Source: Delftia acidovorans (GTDB lineage: Bacteria > Pseudomonadota > Gammaproteobacteria > Burkholderiales > Burkholderiaceae_C). Taken from it: 40,000 bases of DNA. The stretch lies in the NCBI RefSeq assembly GCF_037146395.1, contig NZ_JBBCVP010000004.1; one strand, given 5' to 3'. Shown here in pieces: positions 1 through 9,473 of the stretch. How positions within the stretch are numbered: position 1 is the stretch's first letter; every line of letters starts with the position of its first letter. The notes beneath the pieces are model-generated. The model was given only the letters and a program-made list of their open reading frames with translations, was not told the DNA's origin and searched no databases. A program made the translations under genes and the position numbers.

Positions 1-123
1 AACGCCTCGGCGCTGGTCCCCTACGAAGCGGCGGTGATCCACAACCTGTATGCCAAGACAGTGCTGCACGAGGCGCCACGCCTATTCATCCCGTTGTTGG
101 GCGTCATGGCGGAGGAGCGCTGA
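1..123 (+). CDS. 3' end of an unidentified protein-coding gene (truncated by window start)
   Basis: The frame is open from base 1 to TGA at 121-123 (...NLYAKTVLHEAPRLFIPLLGVMAEER*), with mostly G/C third positions. The stop directly abuts the next ATG (TGAATG). No family recognised. Confidence 0.35.
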   Translation, partial: NASALVPYEAAVIHNLYAKTVLHEAPRLFIPLLGVMAEER

Positions 124-429
124 ATGAAGCCCGCCTGCTGCAGTGTGTGCGGCATGTACGCCATCGATGAGCCAGCGGATCGGAAGGGCGACTGGCTTAC
201 GTTTGCGGACCACGAACCCGCGACAGCCGAAATGCTCTCACATCCCCAAGGGCTTGAGTACTTTTGTGCCCTGCATCTGCCCGAAGCGCAGGCGCTCAGG
301 CATCTGAATGCTGAGAAAGCCATCGCACAATTGCGCGCCAGGATGCCTGCACAAGGTGCCTCTTGTGCTTTACCTGCTGCTGCCCCCCAAGGCTGGTTGC
401 AGCGGCTCACCAAGCGGTTCAGGCCATGA
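124..429 (+). CDS. small Cys/His-containing protein, paralog A (family not recognised)
   Basis: 101-aa ORF with an ATG start. It aligns without gaps to the ORF at 1651-1884 (39/72 identities by hand; motifs CSVC, WLxFADH, MLSHPQGLxYFCAxHLP). Conserved residues use different synonymous codons in the two copies. Confidence 0.6.
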   Translation: MKPACCSVCGMYAIDEPADRKGDWLTFADHEPATAEMLSHPQGLEYFCALHLPEAQALRHLNAEKAIAQLRARMPAQGASCALPAAAPQGWLQRLTKRFRP

Positions 430-1524
<1,095 letters not shown>

Positions 1525-1568
1525 TCCTGGCGCGAACCGCTGCGGGGCCTGTCGAGGGCCCCGCACCC

Positions 1569-1600
1569 GGCCGGCATCGGACGCGATGCCGGCCTTTTTC
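1569..1600 (+). terminator. rho-independent terminator after gapA
   Basis: Perfect 10-bp stem GGCCGGCATC/GATGCCGGCC, 6-nt loop, then TTTTT. A second GC hairpin lies at 1542-1564. Confidence 0.75.
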
Positions 1601-1650
1601 TTGGATGCTGCGAAACTGGCGGCTTGTTCGTCACCTGTGATTCGCCAGCC

Positions 1651-1884
1651 ATGCAACCAGCCTTTTGCAGCGTCTGCAACAAGAACCTGACGCAGGAAGC
1701 CGGCCCGCTGCGCGGAGGCTGGCTGTGCTTTGCCGACCATTGCGCCGAGCAGGCCGTCATGCTGTCCCATCCGCAGGGACTGGCCTATTTCTGCGCTGTG
1801 CATCTGCCAGCAGCGAAGGCCCTCGCGCATTTGCCTCAGCAGGAAGCGATGGCACGGCTGGCGCAGGCCGCTGCGCGTTCTTGA
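1651..1884 (+). CDS. small Cys/His-containing protein, paralog B (family not recognised)
   Basis: 77 aa from ATG 1651. The track ORF starts at TTG 1624, but the alignment to paralog A begins exactly at this Met (MQPAFCSVC vs MKPACCSVC). Confidence 0.6.
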   Translation: MQPAFCSVCNKNLTQEAGPLRGGWLCFADHCAEQAVMLSHPQGLAYFCAVHLPAAKALAHLPQQEAMARLAQAAARS

Positions 1885-1954
1885 GCCCGCCGCTATCCCG
1901 CACTGCAAGCGTTGCTCGACAAAGCCGGCCCCGGCCGCGCGGCATCATGGCCGC

Positions 1955-2314
1955 ATGACGAATTCATCCGCATTGCACGAAACGATTGGTTTTGACGACT
2001 TCCTCAAGGTGGAGCTGCGCGTGGGCCGCATCGTGGACGCCCAGGTGTTCAAGGAGGCGCGCCGCCCCGCCTATGTGCTGCAGGTCGATTTCGGCCCGGA
2101 ACTGGGCCGGCGCAAGTCCAGCGCCCAGATCACGGCGCTGTACCGGCCCGAGGAACTGATAGGCCGCCAGGTGGTGGCCGTGCTGAACTTTCCCAGCAAG
2201 CAGATCGGTCCCATGCGCTCGGAATGCCTGGTCACGGGATTCCACAACGAGAACGGCGAGGTCGCGCTGTGCGTGCCCGACCGCGAGGTGCCGCTGGGCA
2301 CCAAGCTGCTGTGA
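1955..2314 (+). CDS. csaA: tRNA-binding domain protein (CsaA/Trbp111-type OB fold)
   Basis: 119 aa from internal ATG 1955 of the track ORF. The sequence FLKVELRVGRIVDAQVF...AYVLQVDFG...VAVLNFPSKQIGP is typical of CsaA-like proteins. Confidence 0.8.
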   Translation: MTNSSALHETIGFDDFLKVELRVGRIVDAQVFKEARRPAYVLQVDFGPELGRRKSSAQITALYRPEELIGRQVVAVLNFPSKQIGPMRSECLVTGFHNENGEVALCVPDREVPLGTKLL

Positions 2315-2326
2315 CGGCTGGGTTGA

Positions 2327-3301
2327 CTATTCGATGCGCACGTCGGCCGCCTTGACGATGCGCCCGGCCGCTTCCCAGTCGTCCTTGAGCAGGCGCTGGA
2401 ATTCGGCGGCCGGCAGGGTGGCGGCCTCCACGCCCACGCGGGCCAGGCGCTCCTGGACCACGGGCTCGGCCAGCACCTTGCGCACGGCGGCGTTGATGCG
2501 CTCCACTTCGGCGGGCGGCGTGCCGGCCGGTGCCAGCAGGCCCAGCCAGGAGTCGAAGGCATAGCCGGGCACGCCGGACTCCGCCACCGTGGGCAGGTCG
2601 GGCAGGAAGCGCGAGCGCTGCTGGCCCGAGTAGGCCAGCAGCTTCACGCGCGGATCCTTCTGGAAGGCCAGCATGCCGATGGTGGCGCCCGTGACCAGTT
2701 GCACGCGGCCGGCCAGCAGCTCGGTCGTGGCGTCGCCCGTGGACTTCATGGGGATGTGCTGCAGCTGGATGCCCGCCTGCGCGGCCAGCGAGGCCGAGGC
2801 CAGGTGCGAGGCGCTGCCATTGCCGGCCGACGCATAGTTGAGCTGGCCGGGCTGGGCCCTGGCGCGCTGCAGCAGCTCGCCCAGGGTCTGCACGCCCGAG
2901 GCGGCCGGCACGCCCACCACATAGCCCGTTCGGCCCAGGAAGGACACGCCCACGAAGTCCTTGAGCGGGTCATAGGGCAGCTTGGCGTAGAGGTGGCTGG
3001 CCAGGTTGTGGCTGGCCGCGGCCAGCACCAGCGTGTTGCCGTCCGGCGCGGACTTGGCCACCTGGGCCGTGCCCACGCTGCCCCCTGCGCCCGCGCGGTT
3101 CTCCACCACCACGGTGGCGCCCAGGACCTGGCCCAGTTCATTGCTGAAGGTGCGTGCCACCGTGTCCTGCGTGGCGCCTGCGCCGAAGGGCACGACGATG
3201 CGGATCACGCGTTCGGCGTGCACGGCCGGTGCCAGTCCCAGGGCCAGGGCTGCTGCCAGCAGAACGCGGCGGGTGACGGGAGAAGGGTGATGGATTTTCA
3301 T
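2327..3301 (-). CDS. Bug-family (TctC-like) periplasmic substrate-binding protein of a tripartite tricarboxylate transporter
   Basis: 324 aa from MKIHH. Signal peptide ends ...APAVHA. Hallmarks present: VVENRAGAGG, PDGNTLV, YASAGNGSASHL. Confidence 0.9.
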   Translation of the reverse strand: MKIHHPSPVTRRVLLAAALALGLAPAVHAERVIRIVVPFGAGATQDTVARTFSNELGQVLGATVVVENRAGAGGSVGTAQVAKSAPDGNTLVLAAASHNLASHLYAKLPYDPLKDFVGVSFLGRTGYVVGVPAASGVQTLGELLQRARAQPGQLNYASAGNGSASHLASASLAAQAGIQLQHIPMKSTGDATTELLAGRVQLVTGATIGMLAFQKDPRVKLLAYSGQQRSRFLPDLPTVAESGVPGYAFDSWLGLLAPAGTPPAEVERINAAVRKVLAEPVVQERLARVGVEAATLPAAEFQRLLKDDWEAAGRIVKAADVRIE

Positions 3302-4524
3302 GGGGAGGTTTCCTGGGGGACGGCAAGCCACCGCTCCACCAGCCGCACGAAGTAGTGGGCACCGGTGGCGAGGATGTCGTCGTTGAAGTCGTAGGAGCGG
3401 TTGTGGATCAGGCAGGGGCCGTCGCCATGGCCGGGCAGGCGGTGATCGCCCTGGCCGTTGCCGATGAAGGCGTAGCAGCCGGGCCGCGCCTGCAGCATGT
3501 GGGCGAAGTCCTCGGCCGCCAGCACACCGGGGAACTGCGTGTCCACGGCGTCCTCGCCCGCGATCTCGCGCATCACGGCGGCTGCGAAGGCGGCCTCGGC
3601 CGCGTGGTTGACCAGGGGCGGCGAGGCGCGCCGGAAATGGATCTCGGCCCTGCAGCCATGGGCCAGGGCCGTGTGCTCGGCCTGGCGGCGCAGGGCGGCT
3701 TCGAGGATGTCCAGCGCCGGCACGGAGAAGGTGCGCACCGTGCCGCCCACCCAGGCGCTGTCGGGAATCACGTTGGGCGCGTCCGAGCCCTGGATCTGCG
3801 TGACCGCCAGCAGCGCGCGTTCGCGCGAATCCACATGGCGCGCTACCAGGGTCTGCAGCTGCTGGGCCAGGTCAATGGTGGCGGCCACCGGATCGGTGCC
3901 CGTGTGCGGCAGCGAGGCATGCGTGCCCTGCCCGTGCAGCACGATGCGGAAGGTGTTGCTGGAGGCCATGAGCGCGCCCGGGTTGAGCGCGAAGCTGCCC
4001 ACGCGGTCCAGCGCGAAGTTGTGCAGGGCGAAGACCGCATCGCAGGGAAAGCGCTCGAACAGGCCTTCGTCGATCATCCTGCGTGCGCCGGCCTTGCCCA
4101 TCTCTTCGGCCGGCTGAAAGATCAGGTGCACCGTGCCCGCGAAGTCGCGCGTGCGTGCCAGGTGCCAGGCCGCGGCCAGCAGCATGGTGGTGTGGCCGTC
4201 ATGGCCGCAGGCGTGCATGCGGCCTGCATGCTGCGAGCGGTGGGCAAACTGGTTTTCTTCCTGCAGCGGCAGAGCATCCAGGTCGGCGCGCAGGCCGATG
4301 GTGCGCGTGCCGTGGCGTGCGTCCGTGTGCCTGCCGTGCACCACGCCGACCACGCCCGTGCCGGCCAGGCCGGTGTGCACCTCCACGCCCCAGGAGGCCA
4401 GGCGTTCGGCCACGATGGCCGAGGTGCGGTGTTCCTCGAAACCCAGCTCGGGGTGGGCATGCAGGTCGCGCCGCAGGGCCACGAAGGGCGCCATGTCGGC
4501 AAAGCTATCGATCAGTGGGGGCAA
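3298..4524 (-). CDS. M20-family amidohydrolase (hippurate hydrolase / N-acyl-L-amino-acid amidohydrolase-like)
   Basis: RRDLHAHPELGFEE and MHACGHDGH motifs. A TTG start at 4524 (GGAGA upstream) gives the usual N-terminal length; the alternative ATG is at 4494. There is a 4-bp ATGA overlap with the downstream Bug gene. Confidence 0.88.
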   Translation of the reverse strand: MPPLIDSFADMAPFVALRRDLHAHPELGFEEHRTSAIVAERLASWGVEVHTGLAGTGVVGVVHGRHTDARHGTRTIGLRADLDALPLQEENQFAHRSQHAGRMHACGHDGHTTMLLAAAWHLARTRDFAGTVHLIFQPAEEMGKAGARRMIDEGLFERFPCDAVFALHNFALDRVGSFALNPGALMASSNTFRIVLHGQGTHASLPHTGTDPVAATIDLAQQLQTLVARHVDSRERALLAVTQIQGSDAPNVIPDSAWVGGTVRTFSVPALDILEAALRRQAEHTALAHGCRAEIHFRRASPPLVNHAAEAAFAAAVMREIAGEDAVDTQFPGVLAAEDFAHMLQARPGCYAFIGNGQGDHRLPGHGDGPCLIHNRSYDFNDDILATGAHYFVRLVERWLAVPQETSP

Positions 4525-4690
4525 GGCGGTCTTCTCCGTCCCCGGCCGGCCGCGTGGTCGCCCGGCTTCAGGGATGAGCCGGCCATTCTGGACAGCCGCT
4601 CCCTTTGGGGCAACGAAGCAAAGCGCATATGCATGCGCCGTGGGCGCGCAAGCGCGCGTGGTAGCACTGTAGCGGTCGCCAGTGCCCCGG

Positions 4691-5584
4691 TCAGCCCGCC
4701 GCCATGCGCTGCGCGAGAAAGTCCAGGAAGGCCGTGATGCGCGCGGCCAGCGCCGTGTTGCGGTAGTAGACGGCGTGGATGGGCTGGCGCTGCTGCACGG
4801 TCTCGCGCGCCAGCACCTGCACCAGCTCGCCCTGGGCGCGATCGCGCACGGTCATGAAGTCGGCCAGGCAGACCACGCCCTGGCCTGCCAGGGCCAGCTG
4901 GCGCATGGTCTCGCCGCTGGAGGCCGTGAGCTGGGGAGCGGCATCCCAGCGGTCGCCGCCCTCGGGCGTGCGCAGCGGCCAGTGGTTCAGGCCGGGCACC
5001 TGGCTGTTGCCAATGCGCTGGTGGCGCGCCAGCGCGGCCACGCTCGCCACGGGGCCATGGGCCTGCAGGTAGGCGGGGCTGGCCAGCACGCGCAGCACGC
5101 TGTGGCACAGCAGCCTCGCATGCAGCGTGGAGTCGCGCAGCTCGCCGATGCGGATGGCGATGTCGGTGCGCTGGGCCAGCAGGTCGATGTGCAGGTCATC
5201 GGTGTTCAGTTCCAGCGTGATCAGCGGATAGAGCGCGCGGAACTCGCCGACCAGCGGCACGATGGCATGCAGCATGAAGGGCGAGGCCGCGTTGACGCGC
5301 AGCAGCCCGGCCGGCGCCTGGCGCCGCGCGGCCAGTTCCTCCTCGGCCGCGTCCAGGGCCTGCAGCACCTCGCGCGTGCGGGCCAGAAAGCGCGCGCCTT
5401 CCTCGGTCAGCTCCAGGCTGCGCGTGGTGCGCCGCACCAGGGTGGTGGCCAGCTTTTTCTCCAGGCGCGACAGGCTGCGGCTGATGCCCGAGGTGGTCTG
5501 TCCCAACTGCTCAGCCGCAGCCGTGATGCTGCCGCAGTCGATCACGGCGCGAAAGGCCTGCAATTCGTCCAGGGTGGTTTTCAT
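4691..5584 (-). CDS. LysR-family transcriptional regulator
   Basis: 297 aa from MKTTLDELQAF. N-terminal HTH (GSITAAAEQLGQTTSGISRSLSRLE) plus a LysR substrate-binding domain. The 577-aa track ORF is an artefactual upstream extension. Confidence 0.9.
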   Translation of the reverse strand: MKTTLDELQAFRAVIDCGSITAAAEQLGQTTSGISRSLSRLEKKLATTLVRRTTRSLELTEEGARFLARTREVLQALDAAEEELAARRQAPAGLLRVNAASPFMLHAIVPLVGEFRALYPLITLELNTDDLHIDLLAQRTDIAIRIGELRDSTLHARLLCHSVLRVLASPAYLQAHGPVASVAALARHQRIGNSQVPGLNHWPLRTPEGGDRWDAAPQLTASSGETMRQLALAGQGVVCLADFMTVRDRAQGELVQVLARETVQQRQPIHAVYYRNTALAARITAFLDFLAQRMAAG

Positions 5585-5634
5585 GGGGCGCCAGCTTGGT
5601 GCAATTGTTGCTGCAGCGTCAAATATTTTCTGCT

Positions 5635-5650
5635 GATACCAGGCTTTATC
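5635..5650. promoter_or_regulatory. candidate LysR-type binding site (GATA-N8-TATC dyad)
   Basis: GATACCAGGCTTTATC lies in the divergent LysR/aldo-keto reductase intergenic region. Confidence 0.3.
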
Positions 5651-5725
5651 TGCAAGCGTTGACCCGCCAGACTGCGGTCTTAGGGGCGTTGTTCCGCGCC
5701 CTTTCTGCTTTTTTGAAAGACCTGC

Positions 5726-6547
5726 ATGACATCGACTTCCTCTCCCGCTTCCGTGGTGCCCGCGTTCGGCCTGGGCACCTTCCGCCTCAAGGGCGAGGTG
5801 GTGCGCCACTCCGTGGGCCAGGCCCTGGAGGTGGGCTACCGTGCCATCGACACCGCCCAGATCTACGGCAACGAGGCCGATGTGGGTGCCGCCATCGCCG
5901 CCAGCGCCGTGCCGCGCGATCAGTTGTTCCTCACCACCAAGATCTGGACCGAGAACCTGTCTGCCGACGCGCTGATCCCCAGCCTGGAGCGCAGCCTTGA
6001 AGCCCTGCGCACCGACCATGTGGAACTGACGCTGATCCACTGGCCCTCCCGCAGCGTGCCGCTGCAGGACAGCCTGGGCGCGCTCATGCGCGCCAGGGAG
6101 CAGGGGCTGACGCGCCACATCGGCGTGTCCAACTTCAACATCGCGCTGCTGCAGCAATCCATCGCCGCCGTGGGCGCCGCGAACATCGCCACCAACCAGA
6201 TCGAACTGAGCCCCTATCTGCAAAACCGCGCCGTCACCGACTTCGCGCGCCAGCAGGGCATTCACACCACCTCGTACATGACGCTGGGCTACGGCAAGCT
6301 GCTGGCCGATCCCGTGCTGGCCGACATCGCCACCGCCCATGGCGCCACGCCCGCCCAGGTGGCGCTGGCCTGGGCCATGGCCATGGGCTATTCCGTCATT
6401 CCCTCGTCCACCCGGCGCGCCCACCTGCAGGCCAACCTGGACAGCTGCCAGCTGGTGCTGGGTGCCGAAGACATGCAGCGCATCGCCGCGCTGGAACGCG
6501 GCGACCGCCAGGTCAGCCCTGACGGACTGGCTCCCGCCTGGGATTGA
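5726..6547 (+). CDS. aldo/keto reductase (2,5-diketo-D-gluconate reductase-like)
   Basis: 273 aa. AKR tetrad context present: [20 protein letters not shown]. Divergent from the LysR gene. Confidence 0.9.
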   Translation: MTSTSSPASVVPAFGLGTFRLKGEVVRHSVGQALEVGYRAIDTAQIYGNEADVGAAIAASAVPRDQLFLTTKIWTENLSADALIPSLERSLEALRTDHVELTLIHWPSRSVPLQDSLGALMRAREQGLTRHIGVSNFNIALLQQSIAAVGAANIATNQIELSPYLQNRAVTDFARQQGIHTTSYMTLGYGKLLADPVLADIATAHGATPAQVALAWAMAMGYSVIPSSTRRAHLQANLDSCQLVLGAEDMQRIAALERGDRQVSPDGLAPAWD

Positions 6548-6608
6548 GCGGGGCTGTGATCGGGGGCCTGTTCGGCCTGGCGAGCTTTGACCTGGAGCAA
6601 CGCAATGG

Positions 6609-6634
6609 TGACCCTAGGGGTAATACTAGGGTTA
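6609..6634. promoter_or_regulatory. inverted repeat upstream of fadD (candidate operator)
   Basis: TGACCCTAG-N8-CTAGGGTTA (8 of 9 arm positions complementary), about 70 bp upstream of the fadD ATG. Confidence 0.3.
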
Positions 6635-6703
6635 TCACAGTATCGAACGACCGTGCTTTTTATGAGAATGCACGTTCAATCGAGAAACCAGGAGACGAGC
6701 AGC

Positions 6704-8383
6704 ATGAGTGACCGCCCATGGCTGGGTGCCTATCCGGCAGGTGTGCCCGCCGACATCGATCCCTCCCAATACCCTTCGCTGGTGGCCCTGATGGAGGAGG
6801 CCTTCAGCCGCTACGCGGACCGCGTCGCGTATTCCTTCATGGGCAAGGAGCTGACCTACTCGCAGGTCGATGCGCAAAGCCGCGCCTTCGCCGCCTATCT
6901 GCAGAGCCTGGGCCTGGCCCGCGGCGACCGCGTGGCGCTGATGATGCCCAACATTCCCCAGTACCCCGTGGCCGTGGCCGCCGTGCTGCGCGCCGGTTTC
7001 GTGGTGGTCAACGTCAACCCGCTGTACACGGCGCGCGAGCTGGAGCACCAGCTCAAGGACTCGGGCGCCAAGGCCATCGTCATCATCGAGAACTTCGCCC
7101 ACACGCTGCAGGCCTGCAAGGCCGCCACGCCCGTGCAGCACGTGGTGCTGTGCACCATGGGCGACCAGCTGGGCCTGATCAAGGGCGCCATCGTCAATTA
7201 CGTGGTGCGCAAGGTCAAGAAGCTGGTGCCGCCGTTTTCCCTGCCGGGGGCCGTGCGGTTCAACGACGCGCTGTCCAAGGGCATGCGCTCGCCCTTCCAG
7301 GCGCCGCAGCTGCAGGCCTCCGACATGGCCCTGCTGCAGTACACGGGCGGCACCACGGGCGTGAGCAAGGGCGCCGTGCTGCTGCACAGCAACATCATCG
7401 CCAACGTGCTGCAGTCCGAGGCCTGGAACCAGCCCGCCATGGGCAAGGTGCCGGCCGGCGAGCAGCCCACCAGCATCTGCGCGCTGCCGCTGTACCACAT
7501 CTTCGCTTTCACGGTGAACATGATGCTGTCCATGCGCACGGGCGGAAAGACCATCCTGATTCCCAATCCGCGCGACCTCAAGGCCACGCTCAAGGAACTG
7601 TCCACGCAGCGCTTTCACAGCTTCCCCGCCGTGAGCACGCTGTTCAACGGCCTGGCCAACCACCCGGACTTCAACACCGTGGACTGGTCGCACCTGAAGG
7701 TCTCGGTGGGCGGCGGCATGGCCGTGCAAAGCGCCGTGGCCCAGCTGTGGCTGCAAAAGACCGGCTGCCCCATCTGCGAAGGCTATGGCCTGTCGGAGAC
7801 CAGCCCCACGGTCAGCTGCAACCCGGTCACCTCCACCGAATTCTCGGGCACCATCGGCGTGCCCTTGCCCAGCACCTATCTCAAGCTGGTCGATGACGAC
7901 GGCAACGACGTGACCGAACTGGGCGCGCGCGGCGAACTGGCCATCAAGGGCCCGCAGGTCATGGCCGCCTACTGGCAGCGCCCCGACGAAACCGCCAAGG
8001 TCTTCACCGCCGACGGCTATTTCCGCACCGGCGACATCGGCACCATGGACGAGCGCGGCTACTTCAAGATCGTGGACCGCAAGAAGGACATGGTCCTGGT
8101 CAGCGGCTTCAACGTCTATCCCAACGAAGTGGAAGACGTGGTCTCCAACTGCCCCGGCGTGCTCGAATGCGCCGTGGTCGGCGTGCCCGACGAGAAGTCC
8201 GGCGAGGCCGTCAAGCTGGTCATCGTGCGCAAGGACGACAGCCTCACCGAACAGGCCGTGCGCGACTTCTGCCACGACAACCTCACGGGCTACAAGCGTC
8301 CCCGCGTGATCGAGTTCCGCACCGAACTGCCCAAGACGCCGGTGGGCAAGATCCTGCGCCGGGAGCTGCGCGACAGCAAGTAA
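6704..8383 (+). CDS. fadD: long-chain-fatty-acid--CoA ligase
   Basis: 559 aa from ATG 6704 (AGGAG upstream). Motifs YTGGTTGVSKGA, GYGLSET, YFRTGD, DRKKDMVLVSGFNVYPNEVE. Confidence 0.92.
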   Translation: MSDRPWLGAYPAGVPADIDPSQYPSLVALMEEAFSRYADRVAYSFMGKELTYSQVDAQSRAFAAYLQSLGLARGDRVALMMPNIPQYPVAVAAVLRAGFVVVNVNPLYTARELEHQLKDSGAKAIVIIENFAHTLQACKAATPVQHVVLCTMGDQLGLIKGAIVNYVVRKVKKLVPPFSLPGAVRFNDALSKGMRSPFQAPQLQASDMALLQYTGGTTGVSKGAVLLHSNIIANVLQSEAWNQPAMGKVPAGEQPTSICALPLYHIFAFTVNMMLSMRTGGKTILIPNPRDLKATLKELSTQRFHSFPAVSTLFNGLANHPDFNTVDWSHLKVSVGGGMAVQSAVAQLWLQKTGCPICEGYGLSETSPTVSCNPVTSTEFSGTIGVPLPSTYLKLVDDDGNDVTELGARGELAIKGPQVMAAYWQRPDETAKVFTADGYFRTGDIGTMDERGYFKIVDRKKDMVLVSGFNVYPNEVEDVVSNCPGVLECAVVGVPDEKSGEAVKLVIVRKDDSLTEQAVRDFCHDNLTGYKRPRVIEFRTELPKTPVGKILRRELRDSK

Positions 8384-8404
8384 CGCGGGCGGCTTGCCGT
8401 GTTT

Positions 8405-8435
8405 GCAAAGAGGCGCTTCGGCGCCTCTTTGCTTT
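8405..8435 (+). terminator. rho-independent terminator after fadD
   Basis: Perfect 12-bp stem GCAAAGAGGCGC/GCGCCTCTTTGC with a TTCG tetraloop, followed by TTT. Confidence 0.8.
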
Positions 8436-8470
8436 GAGAGGGGTCGGTTCCTCAGAACACCCCCGCCCCA

Positions 8471-8506
8471 CCTGGCACCGGTCCTGGCACCGGTCCTGGC
8501 ACCGGC
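8471..8506. repeat. 12-bp tandem repeat x3 (CCTGGCACCGGT)
   Basis: Two perfect copies and a third with one mismatch (…CCGGC), read directly from the sequence. Confidence 0.9.
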
Positions 8507-8620
8507 GCTGCCCCCGCCACCTTCACCGCCACCGCGTTGAGGCAGGCCAGCGAGAACCCGGACCGCGCCAGTTCGCCTTGTTCCCGCGACGTGGTCCGCG
8601 CCGGGCCCATCTTGGAGGTC

Positions 8621-8725
8621 ATGACCGAGCGCACCAGCATCGACGCGCTCGACGCCATGAAATGGTTCAAGACCATCGTCGCGCTGGACCGCGTGAAGGT
8701 GGGGCTGGAAATTCCCTGCGAGTGA
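8621..8725 (+). CDS. candidate 34-codon small ORF (unknown function)
   Basis: ATG is preceded by GGAGG at 5-nt spacing. The frame has G/C-rich third positions and D/E/K/I-rich composition (MTERTSIDALDAMKWFKTIVALDRVKVGLEIPCE). The antisense ORF 8452-8676 shares its third positions, so codon bias cannot separate them. No homology recognised. Confidence 0.25.
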   Translation: MTERTSIDALDAMKWFKTIVALDRVKVGLEIPCE

Positions 8726-8770
8726 AGGCCTTTCGGCGGATCCTTGACAGCCGGACAGCCGCCATCTACA

Positions 8771-8798
8771 TTGAATGGAATGATCGTTCCAATTCAAT
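8771..8798. promoter_or_regulatory. palindromic operator, copy 1 (upstream of tetR)
   Basis: TTGAATGGAATGATCGTTCCAATTCAAT ends 9 bp before the tetR ATG. It shares an identical 18-nt core with 9474-9498. Confidence 0.6.
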
Positions 8799-8806
8799 GA
8801 GCCGCC

Positions 8807-9397
8807 ATGCGCAGCAAAGACTTCGACCCCGATGACATCGCCGACGCCGCCATGCGGGTCTTCTGGCAGCGCGGCTATGCGGCCACCTCGGTGCAGGACC
8901 TGGTGGACGGCACGGGCCTGTCGCGCAGCAGCCTGTACGGCACCTTCGAGAACAAGCAGGGGCTTTTCCAGCATGCGCTGCGCCGCTATGAGGCCGTGAC
9001 CACTTCCAACGTGGAACTGCTCGCTGGCCCCGGCCCGGCCCGGGGCCTGGTACGGCAGCTGCTGCTGCGCATCGTGCAGGACGAATTGAGCGATACCGAG
9101 CGCCGTGGCTGCCTGGTGGCCAATGCCTCGCTGGAGTTGGCCGGCCATGACGAAGCCGTGGCCGAGATGGTGGCTGGCAACTTCCAGCGCCTGCAAAAGG
9201 CCCTTGAAAAACTCATCCTGCGCGGCCAGCAGGAAGGCGACATCACCGACGGCAAGAAGCCACGCGCCCTGGCGCGCTTCATCGTCAACACCGTGCAGGG
9301 TCTGCGCGTGCTGGGCAAGGGCAGCAGCGCGCTGCAGCGCCGCCAATGCCTGATGGACGTGGTCGACGTGGTCGACATGGCCCTGCAGGCCCGCTGA
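8807..9397 (+). CDS. TetR/AcrR-family transcriptional regulator
   Basis: 196 aa. N-terminal TetR HTH (FWQRGYAATSVQDLVDGTGLSRSSLYGTFENKQGLF). Confidence 0.9.
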   Translation: MRSKDFDPDDIADAAMRVFWQRGYAATSVQDLVDGTGLSRSSLYGTFENKQGLFQHALRRYEAVTTSNVELLAGPGPARGLVRQLLLRIVQDELSDTERRGCLVANASLELAGHDEAVAEMVAGNFQRLQKALEKLILRGQQEGDITDGKKPRALARFIVNTVQGLRVLGKGSSALQRRQCLMDVVDVVDMALQAR

Positions 9398-9473
9398 CCC
9401 CGCACCCGCAGCCTGCTCCCGCTCCCTCCCGCTTTTGTACGCCATGTCGTGCAGCTGCGGGTTTTCATTTGGC

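Noticed and set aside
5680-5712. Short GC hairpin plus T-run (GGGCG..CGCCC TTTCTGCTTTTTT) just upstream of the aldo/keto reductase ATG
   Set aside because: The stem is only 5 bp, and it sits in a divergent promoter region where no gene ends. It is more likely part of the promoter or 5' UTR than a terminator.
4691-6424. 577-aa version of the LysR ORF extending upstream over the aldo/keto reductase gene
   Set aside because: The LysR HTH begins at MKTTLDELQAF (start 5584). The additional 280 residues are antisense to the AKR gene and have no LysR counterpart.
8497-8511. Sigma54-like -24/-12 match (TGGCAC-N5-CTGC) in the last unit of the 12-bp repeat
   Set aside because: The GG-N10-GC spacing fits, but TGGCAC is simply part of the repeat unit and the -12 element is CTGC rather than TTGC. 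No enhancer-binding protein gene is nearby, so the match is likely fortuitous.
8452-8676. 74-aa minus-strand ORF ending in PVPGPVPGPVPGG, divergent from tetR
   Set aside because: There is no Shine-Dalgarno sequence upstream of its ATG. Its Ser/Arg/Ala-rich composition is typical of antisense frames, and the repeat-encoded tail uses rare CCA/GGA codons. It shares third positions with the plus frame, so its codon bias is not independent evidence. Not fully excluded.
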